A stretch of DNA of 64,000 bases from Gracilinanus agilis. Lineage: Eukaryota. Position numbers and translations under genes: made by a program. The DNA is taken from the NCBI RefSeq assembly GCF_016433145.1, contig NC_058133.1, positions 439,277,973 through 439,341,972 of the forward strand, in the 5' to 3' direction. Below the pieces are notes generated by a model. It was not told the DNA's origin. It searched no databases and saw only the letters and a program-made list of their open reading frames with translations. Every line of letters starts with the position of its first letter. Within the stretch, counting starts at the first letter, position 1. Below are positions 24,401-37,464 of this stretch, piece after piece.

Positions 24401-27139
24401 AAGTGAGAAGGGAAATGGGAAGTTCAGACCAGAGCTTTAGCACAGTCACTTTACCTAGCTCTATGGAGGAGAGGAGAGAGACCCAAAGCAGAAAACCAGT
24501 TAGTAGGCTATTGCTATTATTGTTCAGGCAAGAGTTCATGAGGGTTCACTCTATCTGACCCAAAACTTTAAAAAAGGGGAAAGCAAAATTCCTATCAGTT
24601 ATTGACTCTTGAAGGCAAAGCTTGTCCTCTGAGGGAACCTGCCTCAGGTAGGAGGTAATGGGGAAGGATTTAGGGGGTGAGGGTATTTGCACAGTCAGCA
24701 TCCATAGGAATGTTCCCTCAGGAGAGTTTGAGGAATAAAGGAATAATGGTTGTGTTGGAGACATTCTACTGTAGAATGGAGAGTGAAATGGATCCATCTT
24801 TCCATCCTGATTGATTGATTATATATTCTTAGGACCAGTGCAAGAGTCCTCACTTTGGAAGACTAACCTATAGTGGATTACTCTGGTGATGAGCCTCTCC
24901 AAATTTACTGTTTCTTATACAGTTCCATCTTTGATACTTTTTAACTTGGGAGAAGCTACCATAATTTGTGCTTCACTGACTTTGTCTCCAGGAATTAGGG
25001 TTACCACCACATCCTGATATGGCATTGGAATAGTATTTGGTGACATTTTTATGTTGTTATACACCATGAAAAATTCATAAACAAGAAAAATGAAGTATAA
25101 CTATGTAGTTACCTAAATAGTATACTTAATGTAATTTTTGGGTTGTGCTAAAGATAGTTAATTCTACAGTGACCTAATTAGGAAATTGCCATGACAACAT
25201 AGTGTTCAGATTCTTGTGTGGTCTGCCCTAGGGGGATGTCAGGCAATGTAATGACTGTTAAGTAATTATGTTTTGGCAAAATGGTGTCTATTGGCCATAA
25301 TTTCTTATAGACTTGGGAGATAGAAGAAATAAAGAATGTCAAAGGAAAAAATAAACTCTCAATCTCACCAATAAGCTAACATTTGGTACTCTTCCCAGTA
25401 AGCCTGGGAATAGCTTTTGTTTCAGTTGTTTACTGAACAGATTTAAAAGTTTGATAGTTCTTTTATATTTTGTGTAAATGATACAAAATATAGTATGTCA
25501 GTTTTTTTAAATTGGAAAAAAGCATGTTCGCTTATTTCGGCTTTTCTAGTTTTAATAGCATATTATTTTGTTCCTTTTTCCAAGAATTATGAAGAAATTG
25601 ACTGAAGATTTTATCTTTAAATTACATTTGGAATTTTCAGAAATCTTGTTGGGATAGTTTAGCTAATAAATTTTTGAAAAAATATAGAATATTACTAAGT
25701 GTATGTATTCTAGCCATATGGAGCAATTTTATATGGTAAACTGGAATTATGATTTATATTTCTTGGTGTGACATTTTCTCTTATGTTATAGTAAAGCCTA
25801 AGAACTTTGATAATTAGCTGGTCTTTAATGGTGATAGATCTTAAGGTCATTGCATTCTTAGAAAAAAAAGGAATACTTCTATATAACAGAATATAACATT
25901 TTCTGTATAACAATACTTTTCTGTATGTGTTTTTTTTGTTTTGTTTTGTTTGATTATTTTATGGATTTCTAGGTTTGGAAAAACTTTAAATTATATGAGA
26001 ATTTAGGTGGTTTGGACTGGGAAGTGTTTCATTTTTTCCCCCTTAAAGGAGTGCAGTAATTTGTCTAGAATGAGAAGATACTTCTTTATGATTCTAGAGA
26101 AATTCTGAGAAAAACAACATAAAAATTGTAACGAGGTTAAGGATTTTAGGGATGTACATTAGAAAATTGTAATTGCTAAGAAAAAAACATGGCAGATAGC
26201 TTTGTAAGTTAAAACAAAGGATGTATATATGTATGTGTGTGTGCACACTTGTGTGCATGTGTGCATGTTTTATAAAAGTCCTGGAGCTTTCTTGGGCTCT
26301 AAAATAAATTGTCAGTATTTTTTACTGTTTGCCTGAAATTGTTAATTATCATGAACAATTTGGTGAGTAGCTTTTCAAGTTGGGCTAGTATAACAGATAT
26401 TTTATTAATTTGATTTGAATGATATAATTCAAAGCTTTCCTGTGGTGGGATAGCCAAGTAAAATGATAATAAAACTAATATTTAAGGCTTTGGAATCACA
26501 TGTGTAGTTACGTATAGTCTTAAGAAATGGAGAAAATAAAAAGAAAAAATCCTAATTATTTTCCCTTTGAAACACATGATATTGAGAGGATACTATCATT
26601 ATATTTTTTGATTTTTCTCTTAACTGGCTTTAATAAAAAAAGTTATAATTTGTTGTAGAAATTTAGAATTTATTTTGATGAACTTTAAAGAAAATATACT
26701 GATGTTAGATTTGGTCGTTTTTCTTGTTTAAGAACTTGTTTAGCAAACAAAATAACATTTCAATTGCCTTATTTTTCTTACTTCTAGTGTGGTTACATAT
26801 GGAAATCCTAATGTAGCCTTGGTAGAAAGCTTATGATACGTGTCAGTAATTCCAGCTACATACGGCAAAAAAAAAAAAAAAAAAAAGGGAACATTTAAAA
26901 ATAATGAAAACCTTCTGCTTTTGCTCAACACATGATCTTCTTGACCCTGAATTTTATTGCTGAATGCAGTCAATTTCCATAAATAAGACATTTGGCTGTT
27001 TCTTTGACTCAAAAATTTTGTTCCCTGAAGAGTAACAGCAGAATGATAATTCTTTTATGATGATGTAAGATTACAAATGCTGTTGTGGTACTTACTTAGC
27101 CATTTATATTCCAAATGCAATGTTAGTTGTTTTGATATT

Positions 27140-27480
27140 TGAATTTCATTTCATTCTTTTTTTGTCTTTTACCTTTTTCTCAGTATTTTGTATGTCTTAC
27201 AATTAGACCAGGAACCTGGTCCCATTTACACCTTGGCATGGTTGTCTATGGTTCCTTTCAACATAATGTAATTTCCTTGTTTATCTTTGATGGTTATAAC
27301 TCCTCCTTTTCTGTTTTCAATTGATGCATGGCAAATTTGGTCTTGGCTTTCACTTATATTTGGTTTGGTCTATGCTTTTTTTCTTTTGGGGGGATATTTC
27401 TTAAGAGCAATAGATTATGGGTTTTGTTTTCTTATCCAATTTGTCACTCTCATTTTTATTAGATTATTTAAATTCTTTCT
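27140..27480 (-). mobile_element. L1 ORF2 endonuclease-region fragment
   Basis: Antisense L1 EN motifs such as gcaatagattatgggttttgttttcttatccaatt. Confidence 0.6.
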
Positions 27481-27679
27481 TTTTTTCTTTTTTCCCTCTC
27501 TCCCTCCAACATTATAGTACAAGTCCAGAGCTTTCGGGTTAAAGAAAAAAAGCTAAGTAGCCAGAAAAAAAGAATTCAAGTACTGAGAAGTCATAGTGTT
27601 ACACATGCTTTAGTGGCCACTACACTACAGTGTCAGTGGGTGGGGGTGTGAATGTGTGAATGAAGGGAGAGGATGGATT

Positions 27680-28520
27680 TTACTGTTTGAAAAATAAAAT
27701 TTAATTTAAAAAGAATTTATTAAATTTAATAACACAGTAAGAAAATTATGCTACCATTTATATCGCCTGATGTATTGCCATTTTTCTTTTTATTAATCTT
27801 TACCTCCCTACTCGTAGCTGAGGGGGAAAAAAAAACCAAAAAATAAAGTAGTCTTTTCACATGCATTTTCCATCAAAATAAACTTCCACATTGGTGTCAT
27901 AATATATCTTTCTGCATTTTAAGTTCATCACCTCTGTCAGGAGATGAGTGTTGCTTCATCTTCATTCTTTTGGACCTATGGTTTATTATTGATTTGATCA
28001 GAATTTTAAAGCCTTTTAAAACTTGTTTTTCTTTATAATGTGATTGTAGTATAAATTGTTCTTGTAGTCTGCCTTTCTATATCAGTACATAGAGATCTTC
28101 CTATTTTTGCTATTTTCTTTGGAACACGAATATTCTGTTTTATATTATCATAATTTGTTTAGGCACTTATTCCCCCAAAAGAGGACATCCCCTTGGCTTC
28201 CACTTTGGGGCTACCGTGAAAAGAAATGATGTAAATGTTTTTGGATATATAGATTCTTTTTCTGTTCCTTTTTTAAAAAAAGTGTATAGGACAGTTATAT
28301 ATAGCTGGGTGATAGGGTATTCACAGTTTTTTTTTTTTTTTAACTTTCTCTGCATTGTTTCAGTTGCTTTCTAGAATGCCTGGAACAATTCAAAGCCAAC
28401 TCAGTCCTTTCAACACTTGATATTTTCCTCTTTACCAGTCTAGTGAGTGTAGAACCTTAGATTTGATTCCGTTTACTTCTCTTATCATTAGTGGTTTCTG
28501 GAACTTTTTCATATGATTAT
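27680..28520 (-). mobile_element. Old L1 3' portion
   Basis: Antisense L1 3' motifs (cataatttgtttaggcac...ggacatcccctt...ccactttggggctacc...gtttcagttgctttctagaatg). Confidence 0.65.
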
Positions 28521-28948
28521 GACTTGTATTTTTTCCTTTGAAAACTGTTCATATCTTTTCACATCAGTTGGAATAACTATTAGTCTTAAAAATTTGAATT
28601 GTACCCTTATATGTCTTGTATGTTATTTGGTCATTTCAACTCTTTGTGACCCTGATTGGGATTTTCTTGGCAAAGATACTGGAGCTGTTTGTCATTTCCT
28701 TCTCTACTTCATTTTCCTGTATTTTTTAGCTTTGGTACTTTGATCCAAAACCTTTTTTGGGGTAACACCTTAACTAGATGTTCTAAGCTGTTGTTTTTTT
28801 TTTTTCCTTCTCTAGATTCTTGAATTATTTTTTCTTTTCTGAATTTCTTGTCTTTTATGGATTGCAGTGAGGAAAACAGAACCTTTGGTCCTGGCCTTCA
28901 GTCTGTTTTCTAGTCTTCAATTTCTTGCCCAAGACTTGATAACTAACA

Positions 28949-29383
28949 TAGGTATCCCTTCCACATCACAGGGGTTCGACACCCCCTTGATTTGGAAAAT
29001 CTGCATAAAATGGTTTTTTTTACCATCTCTGTATACCAGAGAAGTCTGGTTTTGTTTTTGTTTTTTTTTACCATGGGGTGTTTATAGTACCTTATGCATT
29101 TATGAGTTATTAAACTTTTTAAGATGTCTACATTTCGCCTGCTGATTTTATCATTTCCTCCTTCAAACTTTAAACTTTTTAGTTTTAACTTTAAAAGAAA
29201 AATTGTATATTTATGATATTATACATATATTTCATGGATTTCTGAGTATCTAAACTTTTTATGTGTTGTCTGCTGGCCTTCAGATATCTGTGGCTCCTAC
29301 AAAACCCCAAAATTCTTATTTAATTTCTTATGACCAGGGATATATGGAAATCTATGGTGAAAGTGATGTGGAAGTAATACCTG
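28949..29383. mobile_element. Tc1/mariner (Tigger-like) non-autonomous element
   Basis: Left taggtatcccttccacatcac versus right reverse complement caggtattacttccacatcac (18/21); AT-rich interior; expected TA TSDs are mutated. Confidence 0.7.
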
Positions 29384-30360
29384 CAATTGCCAATACTTTA
29401 TTTCGATTCCTCTGGAAGTGTCATTTGTACAACATGAATTACCAGATTTAAGTAGTTAACCATTTAGCTAAATCTTGGATAGTTCTGCTATGTTTTGAAT
29501 ACTTTCTCTAGGAATAAATGAATGGATGGATGGATGGATGAATAAAAGAATGATAAAGCAGTTATTGGTTGTTAGTCTCTGTGATTGGCTTTGGAGATAG
29601 AAATGCAAACCAGATAGACTGCTCTTCTCTAGGAGTTTACTTTCTAAAGGGACAGATGGCTTAAGGGGGAATGACTTAGTGCTTATAGTCAATAGGGGAA
29701 TTGATTGACTTCTTTTTTTGAGGAATGGTAGTGTTGATTTCAGGGCTGCTAAGTTGGTGTAAATGGGGTCAGGAAGTGTCCCACAGGACTTGTGTTGATT
29801 TTGTTACTCTGTCTCATTGTTAGAGATGAGAAAACATGGTGAAGGAAGAAGGGTACAGATGTAGTGACATGGCATGAAGATGCCTAGAAGTAGCTTGATA
29901 GGTCTGAATTATGGACCATCACTAGTCCAGGATCTTAGCCTCAGCAGAATCTGAGTTCTGAGTGGGTGATGGAAGCTGGAGTGCAGAAATATATGGCAGT
30001 TTGAGGATGACCATGAAGACAATAGACCTCTCTATGGTAGTTTGAAGTTTGCCAGGTAGCTGCCCCAGGCCTTCAGCAGGAAATCACAGCTTGTAACTTT
30101 TCTGACTTGCTGGGTGATCATCTCAACAGATGATCTCTTTGGCTCTAATATAACATATTTTGGGAAGACAAAAACAACTTCTTTCTCCTCAGTGTCCAGG
30201 TCTCTCTTCTGAAAGAAGCCTTAAAACTTTTTTATGATCTTAAGTTTATGTCTGCTCTTTTCTTTCCTTTTCTTCTCTATGTAATATTCTTCTACTCTTT
30301 AGCATCCTGACAAGGTTAGGTCCCTGTTCTTATTCTCCCTATTTGGTTGCAGTCTCCTTT

Positions 30361-30392
30361 GTTTTTTTGTTTGTTTGTTTGTTTGTTTGTTT
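30361..30392 (+). repeat. (GTTT)n microsatellite
   Basis: Tandem GTTT run. Confidence 0.85.
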
Positions 30393-30838
30393 TTTGATCA
30401 CTTTATTCTTCCTGACAAATTTGGAATATGGAGTACAGAGTATTTTCTCTTTCTCATCTAGGAAGGAATAGGCTTATTTCTGGACCAAGAGATAACATTC
30501 TCTTGACTGTGGCAGAAATGTAAACATTGTAAAGGGGATAGAATTTAGTGCAATTTCCTCTACTCTCCCTAATGATTATAACTTGAAGACTCTATTCAAC
30601 AAAGTCATAGGTATAATGACTATATAGCCACACCCATCTCCCTTTTGGCCCTGTCTGAAACTAACAGTTGTCTCACCTAACAGTGGATTCTATCAGTTTG
30701 CTTTGCCTTCTAATTTTTCTGCTTTTTCTTCTGTCTTTGTCTTGCCTTACCAATCATCTTTTCTTTTTTTCTTGTGAACCCTTCAGGTTGGTTATCTATT
30801 CTAATTTCCTAGATCTTCTTTAATCCTTTTATAATCTT

Positions 30839-31044
30839 TTTTTTTTTTTTTAAACCCGTACCTTTGGTCTTGGAGTCAATACTGTGTATTGGCTCCAAGG
30901 TAGAAGAGTGGTAAGGGTGGGCAATGGGGGTCAAGTGACTTTGCCGAGGGTCACACAGCTGGGAAGTGTCTGAGGCCAGATTTGAACCTAGGACCTCCCA
31001 TCTCTAGGCCTGGTTCTCAATCCACTGAGCTACCCAGCTGCCCC
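30839..31044 (-). mobile_element. Young SINE1_Mdo-type SINE (long-tail variant)
   Basis: Full length; TSD tataatctt (30830-38 / 31046-54). Confidence 0.95.
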
Positions 31045-31152
31045 CTATAATCTTCTTAATTGTCAGTCAGTCTGAAAACATTTATTAAGTGCTTACTATG
31101 TGCTAGACACTGTTCTAAACCCTGGGATGAACAAGTAAGGTAAAAAATAGTG

Positions 31153-31331
31153 GGGGCAGCTGGGTAGCTCAGTGGATTGAGAGTCAGGCCTAGAGATGGG
31201 AGGTCCTAGGTTCAAATCTGACCTCAGAAACTTCCCAGCTGTGTGACCCTTGGCAAGTCACTTGACCCCCATTGCCCACCCTTACCACTCTTCCACCTAT
31301 GAGCCAATACACAGAAGTTAAGGGTTTAAAA
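31153..31331 (+). mobile_element. Young SINE1_Mdo-type SINE (short-tail variant) inserted in an L2 fragment
   Basis: Full length ggggcagctgggtagctcag...cagaagttaagggtttaaaa; TSD aaaaaatagtg (31142-52 / 31332-42); the L2 resumes after it. Confidence 0.95.
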
Positions 31332-31449
31332 AAAAAATAGTGGTCTTGTCCTCAAAGAGCTCCCATTCTAATGGGGAAGACATGCCTGACCCCCAACCCC
31401 TCCATGGGGACATTGAAGTGGCTTGTAGATGGAGAAGTGGGGTGTGTGT

Positions 31450-31598
31450 GTTTTGAGTTCAAATGTGTTTTCAGACACTTACTAGCTTTGTGACCCTGGG
31501 CAAGTCATTTAATTTCAATTGGGTAACAACCACTCCTTCAGCCTTGGAACCAAAACTTTGTATTGATTCCAAGAAAGAAGGTAAGAGTTTACAAAAAA
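31450..31598 (+). mobile_element. Older SINE1-like SINE, 5'-truncated
   Basis: gagttcaaat...cagacacttactagc...gtattgattccaagaaagaaggtaagagtttacaaaaaaa. Confidence 0.75.
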
Positions 31599-32039
31599 AT
31601 GTACATTATGTAGAGTGTTGAGTGGAATGTAATTTCAGTGGGAAGACACTACCAAGGGGAGAGAGGGGAAAGGAGGAATGAGGTGGAAACCAGAGAAAAG
31701 CTTCTTGAAAGGATTTTAGTAGAGATTGGAAAGCTAGGAAAGGCTCTGGGAAGGGCTTTAAAAGCTCAAAAGAGAATTTTAAACATTCTAATCTTGGAGG
31801 TAATTTGGAGCCACCTGAATACTCTGGAGGACATGGTTAGACTTGTTCTTTAGGGAAATCACTTTGGAATCAGAGTGGAGGATAGAGTTGGGAGATACTT
31901 GAAGCAGGGAGACCAATCAATAGGCATTGTGGTAGTTCAGGTGTAAGCTGTTGAGGGTCTGTTATAGGGTAGCAGTTTTTGTAAATGGAGAAAATGAGGC
32001 TAATATGAGAGCTTTGAAGGTGGTTATAGCTAACATAAC

Positions 32040-33320
32040 AATAGTTAACATTTATATAGTGCTCACTATATGCCAGGCACTGTGCTGAGTGTTTTACAGT
32101 TATCTTATTTGAGCCCTATAACAGTCCAGGGAGGTAAACTGAGGCACACAGATTAAGTGTCTAGGATCATACAGTTTGATAATTTTCTGAGACTTTATTT
32201 GAACTCGGATCTTCCTGATTGTAGGCCCAGATCTCTACTGTGTCACTTAGCTGCATAGGCTATGAAGAAATGTAAGAAAAACAATTTGACCTAATTATCA
32301 TAAAAAAGAGAATAACTGCTTACTTATATGCCTAAATTTATTGTCTGTAAAAGGATAAATGTATCTAGGATAGACAACAAAGATACCCTTGTTGAGGATC
32401 TTAGAAGGGAACAGACATGTTTTCTTAAGGATATTCCATGTCTTTATCATCACACAATTAATTGAAATGTGTAGATATGCCCTGGCCCACTTTGCTTATG
32501 GTTTGTCTATAGAAAAACATTTGATTAAGTAAAGAAGAGTACTACAGTTATAAGCTTTCCTCCAACTAATAGTCTTAATGTATGTTAGAATCAAACAAGA
32601 TTCCTTGAAGGATACTGCATATGAGATAAATTTAACTACTTTCTAATAATTAATATTAAAAGAGTCATAAAATAGGAAGATTTGTGCTCATCAAAGGTGT
32701 TTATTACTGTCTGAGAGAAGTCTTAAATTCCTGTCTAAATCAAGAAGACCCTCCATGTAGCTATGAGATTCTCTAAATGCTTGAATTCTTTGATAGCATG
32801 CTGATTACACTGAGACCCAGAACCCTTCAGAACTTCCCAAAACAAGGTCTTTCAAAAAAGCTTAACCTAAATAACCACATAGGAAAAACTAAATGAATGA
32901 AGAATCAAAGCCATGACATTCAGATGGAGCTCATTCATTAGAATTCATATTTTGAGCAGTGACTACAAATGTATATTAATCTGTGCCCCACATTAAACTG
33001 AAAGAGATGAGTGGATGTGATTGACTTTGGTAAAGTAAGAAAATCCTTTTAATCTCAAGCTTGTTTTTGGTAGGTCTCTCTTTTTAATAGGCATCTGTGT
33101 GCTAAATCTAGAGTCTAGAGGACTTGGGTTTAAAGCCAGCCTCTGACACTTACCAGATGTATGACCCTGGACAAGTCATTTAATCTCTAACTCAGTTTCT
33201 TCATCTGTAAGATGGGGATAATAATAACATTTGCCCTCCATGGTTATGAGAAGAAAAAGAGATATTTGTAAACCACTTTGCAAAACTTAAAGAGCTATGT
33301 AAATACTATTATTAATGCTA
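32040..33320. mobile_element. MIR copies (~32040-32260 on -, ~33090-33320 on +)
   Basis: MIR core and tail motifs in each. Confidence 0.7.
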
Positions 33321-33324
33321 TTAN

Positions 33325-33556
33325 ATCGAAGGACATTCTTTCATTTTCCAATTTTTTGCCACCACAAAGAGTGTGGCTATAAATATTTTTGTACAAGTCT
33401 TTTCCCTTATTATCTCTTTGGGGTATAAACCAAACGGTGCTATCGCTGGATCAAAAGCCCTTTGAGCATAATTCCAAATTGCCATCAAGAATGGTTGGAT
33501 CAATTCACAACTCCACCAGCAATGCATTAATGTCTCAATTTTGCCACATCCCCTCC
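33325..33556 (-). mobile_element. L1 ORF2 C-terminal fragment lacking the 3' UTR
   Basis: ccaattttttgccaccacaaagagtgtggctataaatatttttgtacaag... collinear with 34900-35060; begins directly after the N at 33324. Confidence 0.9.
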
Positions 33557-34414
33557 TAAACTGAATCTTAAAAGAAGATAAAAATTCTGTGAAGTGGGGT
33601 TGAAGAGGAAGAACATTTCAGAAGTGATAGCCTTTTGGGTTTGGATTTAGGATTTCATTAATATAATAGGGAATTAGAGTCTAGGAAACCCCCTTCACTC
33701 ATGCATTTTTATATCTTAAGGTCTTCCCAGAGTTGCTTACAGGTAGAGAGAAGACTTGCTTGAGCTCAGTCAGTAAGTAGCAAAGTCCCCAGCTCTTTGC
33801 AGAGCACATAGCAGGCACTTTACATAATTGCTGGCTGGCTTGAAAAGCTCTTAAGGGTGAATTGATAAAGGTGATCCCTTTTTACTATGTATTTGAGGTT
33901 GTTTAACATACATTTGTAGTGGATCTAGTTAACATAAATTTGCAATTTCTTCCCTCTGTTCAATAGCATGTGAATAAAAACAAAGGCAGTGGATGGTGTA
34001 AAAAGATAGAAGGGATGTGTGTAGAAAAGTTTAATAAAAAGAATTTTGTTATTAGAAATAGCTAATGTTCTTGAGGAGATAGTGGAAGGGAAGGAGAGAG
34101 CAGACCAGGACCTAGAGATGTAAGGTATAGGATGGAGTTGTGAATTGGTTGAGGGATAGGAGTAGGTAGCCTAATTTTCACTTAAGTAGACAATAAATCT
34201 GAATCACAGAGATTAGGAGAACTGGAGGTGGGAGTTCACCAGCCATAGTCTGGAGAAGCACTATTGGACTTGGGAGTGGGGGGAGGAAGGGAGAATAAGA
34301 GGGAGTGAGTGAGTAAAGGAGAATCAAGAACCTTGTGATGATAAAATAAGTGCCATTTTGTTTTAAACATTAGGAAAGAATGGTCAGGTGAGGTATTAAT
34401 TTAATTAATTTAGA

Positions 34415-35070
34415 ATATTTTTCCATGGTTACATGCTTTATATTGTTTCCCTCTCTTCCTGTACCCAGTGAACAGTTCAACTGGGTTTTTACACGTATCA
34501 TTGATCAAGACTTATTTCCATATTATTAATATTTGCAATAGAGTGACCATTTAGAGTCTACGTCCCCAATCATATCCCCATTGAACCATGTGATCAAGCA
34601 GTTGTTTTTCTTCTGTGTTTCTATTCCCACAATTCTTTCTCTGGATGTGCATAGTGTTCCTTTCTCATAAATCCCTCAGAATTGTCCTGGGTCATTGCAT
34701 TGCTGCTGGTACAGAAGTCCATTACATTCTGATTGTTCCACAGTATATCAGAATCTGTGTACAAAGATCTCCTGGTTCTGCTCCTTTCACTCTGCATCAA
34801 TTCCTGGAGGTCTTTCCTCCAGTTCATTATTCCTTTTAGCACAATAGTATTCCATCACCAACAGATATAGCACAATTTTTTCAGCCATTCCCCAATTGAA
34901 GGGCATCCCCTCGTTTCCCAATTTTTTGCCACCACAAAGAACGTGGCTATAAATATTTTTGTACATGTCTTTTTCCTTATTATCTCTTTGGGGTACAAAT
35001 TCAGCAGTGGTATAGCCGGATCCAAGGGCAGACAGTCATTTAAAGCCTCTAGGGCATAGTTCCAAGTTGA
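34415..35070 (-). mobile_element. 5'-truncated young L1 (ORF2 end + 3' UTR)
   Basis: Reverse-complement match to 48351-49328; carries the empty MITE target site catttagagtctac at ~34548-61. Confidence 0.92.
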
Positions 35071-35094
35071 GTCATTGTTATTATTATTTATTTT

Positions 35095-35245
35095 TAGTTT
35101 TTTAACCCTTACCTTCTACTTTAGAATCAATACTTACTATGTATTGGTTCCAAGGCAGAAGAGTGGTAAGGGCGAGGCAGTGGGGGTTAAGTGACCTCCC
35201 CTGGGCCACCCAGCTAGGAAGCATCTGAGGCCAGATTTGAACCTC
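35095..35245 (-). mobile_element. SINE1-like SINE, 5'-truncated
   Basis: ttttaacccttaccttctac...ggttccaaggcagaagagtggtaaggg...tgaggccagatttgaacc. Confidence 0.85.
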
Positions 35246-35659
35246 CAGCCATTTGTCCCCTATTACTTATTTTATATTGAAATTTGAACTACCATCATTT
35301 TGTTAGACTCTAAATAGAAGAAATATTTATATTAAGTGGAGTTTATTATCATTTTTCTTAAGAGTTAATAGTTTTCTTTGATAATATAGAATTTGCAACC
35401 TCATTTGTAGCACTAAAATTCAGCTTTTTGTTCTTTATTACTTTGCAACAGTCTTTGTCTCTAAATTCTAAGATAATAATAGCATTTTAAAAATTGTATC
35501 TTTAGTACTTAGCATAGTGAATAGTACAAACAAGGTACTTAATAAATTCTTATTCTTCCAAGGTTGTGATTAGGATAATTATTAGCTCCTGAATTTGTCA
35601 ATGTGATTACTCTGAGATAAAAATTGCCCCCTAAGGTCACTAAATGTATATTATCTTTG

Positions 35660-36315
35660 TAATTTCTCCTTCAACTAAAATTTTAATAAATTTCCACATA
35701 AGTTTTCCAAATTTACATGATCCAGTCTCCCTCTTTTCTTCCCTCTCCCCCTCCCAGAGCTGACATGCAATTGAATCTGGGTTGTAAATGTATTACCATG
35801 CAAAACATTTTAATATTGTTTAATTTTGAAAGGGAAAAATCTTATATACCCAAATAAACAACTGATAAATCAAATGTTCTCTTTTGCATTTCTACTCCAA
35901 CAATTCTTTCTCTATAGGTCAATAGCATTCTTAATTTCATAAGTCCCTTGATCATTTTATTACTGTTAGTAGCAAAGTCCATCAAATTTGAGTGTTCCAC
36001 GATATTGCACTTACTGTGTATAATGTTCTCCTGGTTCTGCTTATTTCATTACATCAGTTCACTTAGATCTTTCCATTGCTTTCTGAAGTCATCCTGTTCA
36101 TCATTCCATGTAGCACAATAGTTTTCTGTCACCATCATATACCACAATTTATTACACCGTTTCCCGATTGAGGGATATCCCTTTAGTTTCTTTACCACAA
36201 CAAAAAGAGCAGCTATAAATATTTTTGTCCAAACAATTTCTTTCCCATTTTAAAAAATCTCTTTGGGATATAGACCTGATAGTGGTATATCAAAAGGTAT
36301 ACCTTCTTTTATAGC
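35660..36315 (-). mobile_element. Older L1 3' end
   Basis: aatgttctcctggttctgcttatttcattacatcagttc...caacaaaaagagcagctataaatatttttgt. Confidence 0.85.
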
Positions 36316-36596
36316 TCTCCTTCAGCTTTTGATTGATGAAGCCCAAGCCTGGACCACAATTTCAAGAGTGGCTCTAACAGCTCTTAATTCATGCCTAGCA
36401 CAACTTTGCCTCCAGACTTCCCCATTTCCTTACCCAGCTGCTTTCTCTCCTTCTTTCCCATCCCTACTCTCTTCCTGTTCCCCTTTTTGTGTTGCCTTTT
36501 TTTTTTTTTTGGTCTTGTTAGTGGTCTAACTCTCTAATTTAACTCATATTTACTTGTTTATGGATTTGAACCAAAGAGTAGCTCAAGGGATTAGAT

Positions 36597-36869
36597 CCAT
36601 GGGGTGAACCTATGGCACATGTGCCAAAGGCGATATGCAGAGACGTCTCTATGGGCACATCTGCCCTTACCACAACACAGGGTTCATTACTAGAAAGCCA
36701 GAGGGAGGCTGGGCCAGGCTACTCCCCTCCCCCTCTCCATGTGTGCCAGAAGACATCACTCATCCCTCTGCCCAGCAGCCCAATGGGAGCACTTTCTCCC
36801 TCTCCTGTCTGTGATAAGGGGAGGTGGGAGAGTTTGGGCATGCAGTCTCTAAAAGGTTCACCATCACTG
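36597..36869. mobile_element. hAT MITE of the CAGTGATGG..AACCT-TIR group
   Basis: Left ccatggggtgaacct; right aggttcaccatcactg; TSD GATTAGAT / GATTAGGT (7/8). Confidence 0.85.
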
Positions 36870-37464
36870 GATTAGGTGATAAGTGTGGTAGCTTTGTTTT
36901 TGGAATATAGGAAGACAGTGCATATCTGGTTAACTTTTTAGGCTACTGAGAGAAGCTGCCTATCATAGTTTACCATGTCTGAGATGACTGTTTTGAATGT
37001 ATACTAAAATTGAATTGCCTTTTGGACTAATTATGAATTTATGAAAGACTGGTCAATGGACTCAACTATTAGTTGGCATTTGAATGTCTTTTTTCCTAAT
37101 CTATTATAGTCCTAAGTAAACAGTGTTCTCTTTGAAGTCAGTACCATGAGGTAGTAGTTTCCAAATGTTACAGTGTTGTTCCCTTTCTTTAAAAAAAAAA
37201 AAAAAAAAAAAAAGTCATACCCCATACTTCACTTTTTATGCCACAATTTTCAAAAATTTCTTAGACTGTATTTTTTAAATAAAAATTAAGAATTGATTAT
37301 AATTTTCATAAAATATATATATTAAATGTCCAATAAATTAACATGTGAACATGTTAATAAAATTCTTTATCAGACTGTGATTGGGCCAATTTTTGGCATA
37401 AAAATTGAAACTTTGTTGTCATTCATTGTAATGCTCCTTTTTATTTTTTGGTAGCTAATGGAGA

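Noticed and set aside
24880-25020. Possible intronic C/D-box snoRNA (GTGATGA at ~24887 with downstream CTGA)
   Set aside because: No terminal stem and no recognisable rRNA/snRNA guide; the boxes are short enough to occur by chance.
31153-31230. tRNA-like sequences at SINE 5' ends
   Set aside because: They are tRNA-derived SINE heads followed by CORE and tail, not tRNA genes; no genuine tRNA, rRNA or CRISPR array was seen.
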